64,000 bases of DNA from Akkermansia sp. (lineage in GTDB: Bacteria; Verrucomicrobiota; Verrucomicrobiia; Verrucomicrobiales; Akkermansiaceae). The stretch is taken from contig JBJEVN010000020.1 of NCBI GenBank assembly GCA_051884385.1, positions 12,710-76,709 on the forward strand. Direction: 5' to 3'. Below the pieces are notes generated by a model. The model was given only the letters and a program-made list of their open reading frames with translations. It did no database searches and was not told where the DNA came from. A program made the position numbers and the translations under genes. Positions 57,562 through 64,000 of this stretch are shown here, piece after piece. The first letter of the stretch is position 1, and every line of letters starts with the position of its first letter.

Positions 57562-58443
57562 ATGGCACCGACACTCATCAACGGAAAAGAAGTAGCTGCC
57601 CAAGTCCGCGCGGATCTGGTGCAGGAAATCGCCCGTCTCAAACAGCTGGGACACACCCCCGGTCTCGCCGTCGTCCTCGTGGGGGATGACCCCGCCTCGC
57701 AGGTCTACGTTGGTTCCAAGGTCAAAGCCTGCGCCGAGCTGGGGCTCTACTCCCAAGAATGGCGCCTGCCTGCCGACACCACGCAGGAGAAGCTCGTGGA
57801 GCTCATCCGTCAGCTCAACGCCGACGAGCGCATCCACGGCATTCTGGTGCAAAGCCCCCCGCCACCGCATATCGACGAAGCCGCCGTCATCCTCAACATC
57901 GATCCCCGCAAGGATGTCGATGGCTTCCACCCCGCCAATGTCGCCAAGCTCGTGCTGGAAGACCCCACCGGCTTTGTGCCCTGCACCCCCTTGGGCTGCA
58001 TGGAGCTGTTGCGCGCCGCCGGGGTGGAAACTGCGGGCAAGCAAGCCGTCGTGGTCGGTCGCAGCATGATTGTCGGCAAGCCGATGGCCAACCTGCTGGT
58101 CAGCAAGGCCGCCAACGCCACCGTCACCATCGCCCACTCCCGCACCAAGAATCTTGCGGAAGTCTGCCGCAGCGCCGACATCCTCGTCGCCGCCGTCGGC
58201 CGCCCCTGCATGCTCGGAGCCGACTGCATCAAGCCCGGAGCCGTTGTCATTGATGTGGGCATCAACCGCATCCCCGACAGCAGCCGCCCGCGCGGCTACC
58301 GCATCGTCGGCGATGTTGACTTCGACGCCGTGCAGGGGCTCTGCTCGGCTATCACCCCCGTGCCCGGCGGCGTAGGGCCCATGACTATCGCCATGCTCAT
58401 GGCCAACACCGTCAAGGCCTGCCGACAAATCGTCGGCGCCTGA
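57562..58443 (+). CDS. folD: bifunctional methylenetetrahydrofolate dehydrogenase / methenyl-THF cyclohydrolase
   Basis: [14 protein letters not shown]...[24 protein letters not shown]...[10 protein letters not shown]...[17 protein letters not shown]...[14 protein letters not shown]. Confidence 0.95.
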   Translation: MAPTLINGKEVAAQVRADLVQEIARLKQLGHTPGLAVVLVGDDPASQVYVGSKVKACAELGLYSQEWRLPADTTQEKLVELIRQLNADERIHGILVQSPPPPHIDEAAVILNIDPRKDVDGFHPANVAKLVLEDPTGFVPCTPLGCMELLRAAGVETAGKQAVVVGRSMIVGKPMANLLVSKAANATVTIAHSRTKNLAEVCRSADILVAAVGRPCMLGADCIKPGAVVIDVGINRIPDSSRPRGYRIVGDVDFDAVQGLCSAITPVPGGVGPMTIAMLMANTVKACRQIVGA

Positions 58444-58480
58444 ACTGCGGCACTCGTAAACCACCTGTTTGAATGCGATG

Positions 58481-58515
58481 GGGGAGGGGTCAACAGCCCC
58501 TCCCCTCCTGTTTTT
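58481..58515 (+). terminator. rho-independent terminator
   Basis: 9-bp stem GGGGAGGGG (58481-58489) with CCCCTCCCC (58497-58505), followed by TCCTGTTTTT. Confidence 0.6.
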
Positions 58516-58548
58516 GAAGCCGGCTCCCCGCATGGTTGCCATATCCTC

Positions 58549-59118
58549 ATGGCCGCTATGCGACAGCCCATGCTGCTTCTGTGGGCACTGCTTCTCGGAA
58601 CCCTCAGCAGCTGCGATACCCCCACCGAACGCGCCACCCTCACGCGCCACGGGCGCATCATCCCGCGCACCGACGCGCCCGTCCGCCCGCAGTGCCCCCG
58701 CGCCGCCACCCGCACCTCACGCCCCGCCGCCCAAGCGCTGCCACCCACCTGGCAGCAGGGCGACCTCAACGGCTTGCGGGGCGCCAAACTCGTGCGCATC
58801 TACCTGCACGAACAGCGCGGAGAACTGCTTGTAGACGGGCGCGCCGTCATGGGCTTCCCCGTCTGCACCGGCCGCAACAACAGCACCCCCGCAGGACGCT
58901 ACCACATCCTCGAAAAGCAAGTGCGACACCGCTCCAACCTCTACCATGTGCCCATGCCCTACTTCATGCGGCTCACCTACGACGGCATCGGCATGCACAT
59001 CGGCGATGTGTACAACCGCCCCGTCTCCCACGGCTGCGTGCGCCTGCCGGGCCCCGCCTGCCGCACCCTCTACCGCCTCGTCCCCATCGGCACCCCCGTC
59101 GACATCCTGCGCTCCTAA
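58549..59118 (+). CDS. L,D-transpeptidase (YkuD domain) lipoprotein
   Basis: Lipobox LSSC. MGFPVCTGRNNSTPAGRYHI...GIGMHIGDVYNRPVSHGCVRL (HG...SHGC catalytic motif). Confidence 0.8.
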   Translation: MAAMRQPMLLLWALLLGTLSSCDTPTERATLTRHGRIIPRTDAPVRPQCPRAATRTSRPAAQALPPTWQQGDLNGLRGAKLVRIYLHEQRGELLVDGRAVMGFPVCTGRNNSTPAGRYHILEKQVRHRSNLYHVPMPYFMRLTYDGIGMHIGDVYNRPVSHGCVRLPGPACRTLYRLVPIGTPVDILRS

Positions 59119-59206
59119 ACCAAAGCAAGCGCCGTCCCCACGGGGCAACAGAGGCACATGCGGGACGACCTGTTCGTATCGCTGTTCATCAGTAAAAACG
59201 TTTTGC

Positions 59207-60577
59207 TCAAAGCACATCGGGCGAAAAGTCTCCCGGCTCAAAATCCGCTCGCAACTGCAGCAAGCCCTGCTGCGCATAGCAGCGGCGCAGCAGATCCGCG
59301 CAGTCGCCGCCCGCGCGCACACGCGCCTCGCCCAACCACGCGCAGGCCGTGCGCCGCAGCAATCCCGGCACAGCATCCGCCCGCTGCGCCAGAAACTGCC
59401 CCCAAGTCTCACTCCCCTCGTGATACAACAACAGATGATTCACCCGAAAGGCCTGCAAGGTGGCCGCACCAACCAGATGGCAGCGGCGATGCAGCGCCGG
59501 CGCCGACAAGGAGCAGTGAACATCCCAAAAATCGTCCCGGAGCTCCGCAAGGCGATGCTCCGCGAACTCCCACTGCGCCGCATCGGCCAGCTGCTCCCAC
59601 AGCCCGGGCAGCACGGCGGAACAAGCCAGCGCCGCCACGCGGCGGTGCGGGTGGCTCATCGGGCGCACCGCCCCCATGCGCCACGGCAGGGGGCGAGCCG
59701 CATAGCACTCGCGGCAGCGCCACCAAGCATCCCACACGCGGCGATGGTACGCGCGCTCCTCCTCCGTGGCACGCTGCGGCAGCACCGGCACCAAGAACCC
59801 GGCCGCCCCCAGCAGCCGCGCCACCGCCTCATCCGCCCCCGCCGCGCGCAGATGCGCGAGCGGCACACGGCGCGCCAGCATCTGCATGGTCGCCGCATTT
59901 GCCCCATAGCCCAGCGTTTGCGCCCAAGCCTCGTACCAGACCTGTGCCTCGCCCACCACCGACACCCGGCTGCGGAAACGCTCGCGCTTGAGCGCCGCGC
60001 GGTGCGCCGCAGCCGCCTGCAACAAGGTCTCCAGCGACTCCCGAGGCAGATCAGCCAGCGCCCCCGGCACGCCCCGGGAAAGCCCGCCCTCCCGCCGACA
60101 CGGCGGCGCGCCCACCTCCTGCAACAATTCCGCACGCAGCGGCATCACCGGCACCTCACGCTCCGCCGAGGTGCGCGTAAACCAGCCCGGCGGCGGCTCC
60201 TGCGCCACCACATGCAGCACCACATCATCAAAACGCGCATCGGTGCCGCAACCGCAGCGCTCCCAATCCTCAGCCTCGGCGTGAAACACCACCGAACCTA
60301 CCACACGCTGCCCACCCACGAGCAACTCCGCATGCACCACATCGGGCTCCCCCGGAGCCCCCGGCAGGCCGAAATCCGGCACCTGCACCGCCCCGTGGTG
60401 CATCGTCTGCCCCTCGCTGCCCAAACGCCCCGCCAGCCACGCCTCGCACAGCACATCCGGCGACAAGGGACAAGCCCTCTCCTCTGCGGCGAAAGTACGT
60501 CGCGCCCGCGCCCGCAGGGCAGCATAGTACGCCTGCGCCTCCGCCCACGATGCCAAGGGATGACCGCCGCTGCTCAC
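59207..60577 (-). CDS. DUF2851-family protein
   Basis: The pattern ...VPDFGLPGAPGEPDVVHAELLVGGQRVVGSVVFHAEAEDWERCGCG...FDDVVLHVV resembles the DUF2851 N-terminal core. Start set at GTG 60577, which overlaps the upstream stop (GTGA); the track start at 60631 would overlap that gene by 58 nt. Confidence 0.6.
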   Translation of the reverse strand: MSSGGHPLASWAEAQAYYAALRARARRTFAAEERACPLSPDVLCEAWLAGRLGSEGQTMHHGAVQVPDFGLPGAPGEPDVVHAELLVGGQRVVGSVVFHAEAEDWERCGCGTDARFDDVVLHVVAQEPPPGWFTRTSAEREVPVMPLRAELLQEVGAPPCRREGGLSRGVPGALADLPRESLETLLQAAAAHRAALKRERFRSRVSVVGEAQVWYEAWAQTLGYGANAATMQMLARRVPLAHLRAAGADEAVARLLGAAGFLVPVLPQRATEEERAYHRRVWDAWWRCRECYAARPLPWRMGAVRPMSHPHRRVAALACSAVLPGLWEQLADAAQWEFAEHRLAELRDDFWDVHCSLSAPALHRRCHLVGAATLQAFRVNHLLLYHEGSETWGQFLAQRADAVPGLLRRTACAWLGEARVRAGGDCADLLRRCYAQQGLLQLRADFEPGDFSPDVL

Positions 60578-61116
60578 AGCGAATCGTTTTCCTCGCTCTG
60601 GCGCAGCAAATCCTCCTCCAGCGTCTCGCAAACGTAACCGAAAGTCTCGTCGTTCTTGTGATTCATCGAACGCAGCGTGTTGTGCGCCTCCAGCACATGC
60701 CGCGTGCGCTCCAATTCCGTCAACGCCGAAGTGCCGCTCTCCCCGGCCTCCGCCGACAGCGCCGCGCGACGTTTCGCCGCATCCTCCGCCCAGAAGGCAT
60801 CGCTCGGGTCAATATCCATCAGCATGTCCAACCCCAGGCTCTCCATCGCTTCGCGCGTGCGCTGCGTGGGCGAGGCCACCTGCAGGCAACCGCCCTGCGC
60901 CAGACAGCGGCGCGCCAGCCCCGCCAGCGTCCCCATAAAGGTGGAATCCACCCCCGGGCACAGCTCCAAATCCACCACCACCGTCTTCCCCCCCTCGCTG
61001 AGATAGCGCTCGGCAATCGCCTTGAGGGCGGGGCTGTTGACAAAGCTCCCCCGGCTGTCGCAGCGCAGCCAAAGGCAATCGGAAAACGCGTGGTAGGACA
61101 AGGACGAATCGGACAT
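60574..61116 (-). CDS. STAS-domain protein (anti-sigma-factor-antagonist fold) with an acidic C-terminal extension
   Basis: VVVDLELCPGVDSTFMGTLAGLARRCLAQGGCLQVASPTQRTREAMESLGLDMLMDI. The ATG at 61128 overlaps the predicted -10, so the start is set at MSDSS (61116). Confidence 0.6.
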   Translation of the reverse strand: MSDSSLSYHAFSDCLWLRCDSRGSFVNSPALKAIAERYLSEGGKTVVVDLELCPGVDSTFMGTLAGLARRCLAQGGCLQVASPTQRTREAMESLGLDMLMDIDPSDAFWAEDAAKRRAALSAEAGESGTSALTELERTRHVLEAHNTLRSMNHKNDETFGYVCETLEEDLLRQSEENDSL

Positions 61117-61126
61117 GATGGTATAC

Positions 61127-61155
61127 ATCCTACCCCCGAAGCAGGCTCGACGCAA
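61127..61155 (-). promoter_or_regulatory. promoter: TTGCGT, 17 nt, TAGGAT, then 10 nt to ATG at 61116
   Basis: Minus-strand -35 at 61155-61150 and -10 at 61132-61127. Confidence 0.4.
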
Positions 61156-61211
61156 GCAAAAAGAAAGCCGTCCTCGGTGAAAAAGCCGCCACGCGACGCG
61201 GCGCGGCGAGC

Positions 61212-61240
61212 TTGACATCGCCCCGCCGCTTCGGTAGAAT
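61212..61240 (+). promoter_or_regulatory. promoter: TTGACA, 17 nt, TAGAAT, then 10 nt to ATG at 61251
   Basis: Consensus -35 at 61212-61217 and -10 at 61235-61240. The track's start codon (TTG at 61212) is the -35 hexamer itself. Confidence 0.6.
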
Positions 61241-61250
61241 GCACGGCGCT

Positions 61251-62435
61251 ATGGCAGGACTCATCATCGCGCCCAAAGCGCGTATCTTCCACGGTCACGA
61301 CTGGGTATACGGCACCGAGGTGCGCACCGTCTTCGGCAACCCGAAGCCGGGCGATGTTGTGCTGCTCAAGGATCAGCGCGACCACTATCTGGGCTCGGCC
61401 ATGTACAACCCGCAGTCGCAGATCATCGCGCGCCGCTTCTCCCGCCGCAAGCAGGATCTTGACCGCGACTTCTTCGCCCGCCGCATCGCGCAGGCCATCA
61501 CCCTGCGCGAGCGCCTGCTGCCGGGGGAGGAGATGCGCCGCGTCGTCTGGAGCGAAAGCGACGGCCTGCCCGGGCTCATTGTCGACCAATACGCCGATGT
61601 CCTCGTCGTGCAGACCCTCACCATGGCCATGTACCTGCGCCTCGGGCTCATCCGCGACATCCTCTGCGACCTCTTCCGCCCCCGCAGCATCATCGTGCGC
61701 AACGATTCGCCCATGCTTGCTGCCGAGGGCATCGAACCCGCTACCTATGTGGCCGCCGGTGAGGAACCTGCCCCCTTTGTCGGCACCGCGCGCGGCATCC
61801 GCTTCTGCGTCGACCTCGCCACAGGGCAGAAAACGGGGCTCTACCTCGACCAGATGCAGAACTACGCCGATGTGGCCAAACTGGCCGCCGGGCGCCGCGT
61901 GCTCGACTGCTTCAGCAACCAGGGCGGCTTCGGGCTCGCCTGCGCGCTCGCGGGGGCGGCGCAAGTCACCTCCGTCGACATCTCCGAAGAGGCCATCGCC
62001 GCTGTGCGCCGCAATGCCGAGCTCAACGGCGTGAGCATCGAGGCCATCGCCGAGAACGCCTTTGACTTCCTCAAGCGCGAGTCCGACGCCGTGCGCAACG
62101 GCGCCGACCCCAAGTGGGATCTCATCATCCTCGACCCGCCCAGCTTCACCCGCAACAAGAAGAGCCTGGCCGGCGCCCTGCGCGGCTACAAGGAGATTCA
62201 CCTGCGCGCCCTGCAAATGCTTCCCGTGGGCGGCATCCTCTCCACCTTCTGCTGCTCGCACCACGCGAGCGATGCGCTCTTCCGCGAAACCATCGCCAAC
62301 GCCGCCGTGGACGGGCACTGCACCCTGCGCTTGTTGCGCCGCCACGGGCAGAGCCCCGACCACCCCGTGCTGCTCAACATTCCCGAGACCGAATACCTCA
62401 AGGGCTACACCTACGAGCTCGTGCCCGGGCGATAA
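61251..62435 (+). CDS. class I SAM-dependent rRNA methyltransferase (RlmI/PUA-domain type)
   Basis: N-terminal PUA-like region, VLDCFSNQGGFGLACALAGAAQVTSVDIS (SAM motif I), and LIILDPPSF. Confidence 0.8.
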   Translation: MAGLIIAPKARIFHGHDWVYGTEVRTVFGNPKPGDVVLLKDQRDHYLGSAMYNPQSQIIARRFSRRKQDLDRDFFARRIAQAITLRERLLPGEEMRRVVWSESDGLPGLIVDQYADVLVVQTLTMAMYLRLGLIRDILCDLFRPRSIIVRNDSPMLAAEGIEPATYVAAGEEPAPFVGTARGIRFCVDLATGQKTGLYLDQMQNYADVAKLAAGRRVLDCFSNQGGFGLACALAGAAQVTSVDISEEAIAAVRRNAELNGVSIEAIAENAFDFLKRESDAVRNGADPKWDLIILDPPSFTRNKKSLAGALRGYKEIHLRALQMLPVGGILSTFCCSHHASDALFRETIANAAVDGHCTLRLLRRHGQSPDHPVLLNIPETEYLKGYTYELVPGR

Positions 62436-62465
62436 AACGGCAGGCAAAATAATTGCCGTTTAGAC

Positions 62466-62494
62466 TTGCAAAAAACGGCATTTATGCCTATGGT
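62466..62494 (+). promoter_or_regulatory. promoter: TTGCAA, 17 nt, TATGGT, then 7 nt to ATG at 62502
   Basis: -35 at 62466-62471 and -10 at 62489-62494. Confidence 0.5.
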
Positions 62495-62501
62495 GCCGCG
62501 C

Positions 62502-64000
62502 ATGATTCACCGCCTGCTGCTGTTGCTCTGTTGCCTCTGTCTGCCGCTCGCTGCGGCAGAGCCCGCCGCGACACCCCCGCCCCCGGCGCCCAACAGCGTG
62601 GTGAGTGTGCTCGGCTATGAGCACTTGGGGCGCGAGGGGCAGCCCGATGCCGCAGCGTTCCGCCGCCACATGCAGTACCTGCGGCGCTGCGGTGCCACCC
62701 CCATCTCGCCGCAGCGCTTCTTCGACTGGCTGGAGGGCAAGGCCGAGCTGCCGCAACACGCCGTGCTCGTCACCCTCGATGAGGCCGATGCCGCCGCCTA
62801 CGACATCGCCCTCCCCATTCTTCGCGAGCTGGGCATTCCCTTCCTCATCTTTGCCGATGGCAGCAACCTCCGAGCAGACAGCCCGCTGCCCGTCGAGCGC
62901 CTGCGCGAGATGCAGGACTGCGGCGGCGCCATCGGCGCGCACTCCGCCACGCGCCCTGCAAACTACGCGTGGCAGTTTGCTGCGCTGTCGGGGGAGCAGG
63001 AGGTCATGCAGATAGCCGAGATGGCCGCCCCTGCCGAGCAGCTGCGACGCGCCTTCGGTCAATGTGTCGCCTACTCCTACCCGCGCGGCTACTGCGACAA
63101 CGACATGCCCGCCGCCCTGCGCCGCTATGGCTACCGCGCCGCCTTCACCTGCACCTCCGGCAAGGTGCTGCGGCAGACCGACCCCTACCGCCTGCACCGC
63201 AACATGGTTCGGGATGACCTGAGCCTCGCCCGAGCTCTCAACTTCGGCAGCGAAGCCCGACTCGCCGACATCCTCAAGCAAATAAGCGAGCCCGCCGCCC
63301 CCGCACCCCTGCCGGCGCTGCCGGATGACGACAGCGCCGAGGAAATCGACGAGACCCCCGCGCCGGAGTCCCCCGCCGCCACCACGGCGGAAGCGCTGCC
63401 CACCGCGGGCAGAGCCCTCACCAAGCGGCAGCCCGACGGCGACTGGGTAACAGCTCGGTTCGATGCCCCCCTCGTGCCCCGCGAGCAGACGCGCGTGGCG
63501 GTGCTGGGCTACCACAACTTCAGCAACACCAAAAAGACCACCGAGATGCGCATGCGCACCGCCGAGTTCTGCACGCAGATGCAGTACATCCGCGAGGCGG
63601 GGCTCAGCCCCATCACGATGGAAGATTTTCTCGAATGGCTGCGCGGCGAGCGGCAGCTGCCCGAGCGCTGCGTGCTCATCACCATCGACGACGGTTGGAA
63701 GAGCGTCTACACCGATGCCTACCCCGTGCTGCGCGCCTACGGCTACCCTTTCACCCTCTTCCTCTACACGCGCTATATTCAGGTGCAGGGCGATTCGATG
63801 ACCCGCGAGCAAATCCGCGAGATGGCCGCGGCGGGCGCCACCATCGGCAGCCACTCCAGCAACCACCTCTACCCCAAGAGCTGGAAGCGTCTCGGGCAGG
63901 ACACGCCCGCCTACGCAGCGCAAATGCAGACCGAGCTGCTCGACTCCGGCACCAAGCTCAGGGACTTGTTCGGCAACTGCAGCACCTACTGCTACCCCGG
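62502..64000 (+). CDS. secreted polysaccharide deacetylase (CE4/NodB), two tandem NodB-like domains; 3' end beyond the window
   Basis: Missing from the ORF track because it has no stop in the window. Translated by hand with no stop through 64000. Signal peptide MIHRLLLLLCCLCLPLAAA. The second domain has LITIDDGW and GSHSSNH; the first has the degenerate VTLDEAD and GAHSATR. Confidence 0.75.
   Translation, partial: MIHRLLLLLCCLCLPLAAAEPAATPPPPAPNSVVSVLGYEHLGREGQPDAAAFRRHMQYLRRCGATPISPQRFFDWLEGKAELPQHAVLVTLDEADAAAYDIALPILRELGIPFLIFADGSNLRADSPLPVERLREMQDCGGAIGAHSATRPANYAWQFAALSGEQEVMQIAEMAAPAEQLRRAFGQCVAYSYPRGYCDNDMPAALRRYGYRAAFTCTSGKVLRQTDPYRLHRNMVRDDLSLARALNFGSEARLADILKQISEPAAPAPLPALPDDDSAEEIDETPAPESPAATTAEALPTAGRALTKRQPDGDWVTARFDAPLVPREQTRVAVLGYHNFSNTKKTTEMRMRTAEFCTQMQYIREAGLSPITMEDFLEWLRGERQLPERCVLITIDDGWKSVYTDAYPVLRAYGYPFTLFLYTRYIQVQGDSMTREQIREMAAAGATIGSHSSNHLYPKSWKRLGQDTPAYAAQMQTELLDSGTKLRDLFGNCSTYCYP

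Noticed and set aside
62460-63923. A minus-strand 487-aa ORF at the right end.
   Set aside because: It is the shadow of the plus-strand CE4 deacetylase ORF (62502 onward). That ORF has a signal peptide and NodB motifs but is missing from the track because it has no stop within the window.

Overview
Visibly GC-rich chromosomal segment (GC not computed) with about 54 protein-coding genes on both strands. I found no rRNA, tRNA, CRISPR array, transposase, integrase or phage genes. The gene content fits a PVC-superphylum bacterium, probably Verrucomicrobiota (inference only): an ECF sigma factor paired with a Ser/Thr kinase, a TPR-secretin, DUF2851, Kelch/NanM-like propellers, GH2 enzymes carrying F5/8 (CBM32-like) modules, and almost no Shine-Dalgarno sequences. 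Housekeeping genes (rimO, serS, gpsA, plsY, trmL, ogt, htpG, rnz, folD) are mixed with envelope and glycan genes: GT25 and GT10-like transferases, a cytidylyltransferase, an OafA-like O-acetyltransferase, a priming sugar transferase, two large GH2 glycosidases, two L,D-transpeptidases, two 3D-domain paralogs, a CE4 deacetylase, ExbB/ExbD and a secretin. I see no clear-cut novel multi-gene system such as a defence island, so the window reads as core genome. The observations most worth a second look are: (1) a G7 homopolymer that puts the OafA-like acetyltransferase out of frame with its only upstream ATG, which is a candidate phase-variable switch or an assembly error; (2) a repeated geometry of -35, 17 nt, -10, 5-10 nt, then start codon at 14 genes, which implies mostly leaderless or near-leaderless mRNAs; (3) an in-frame internally deleted relic of the cytidylyltransferase gene that keeps a near-identical promoter; (4) several tightly coupled gene pairs or operons of unknown function (ExbBD with a TonB-less Pro/Glu-rich protein and a membrane Zn-ribbon; STAS with DUF2851; TPR-secretin with a 560-aa membrane protein and DUF374; two Kelch proteins with an MFS transporter). 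All functional calls come from motif recognition by eye; no database searches were run.
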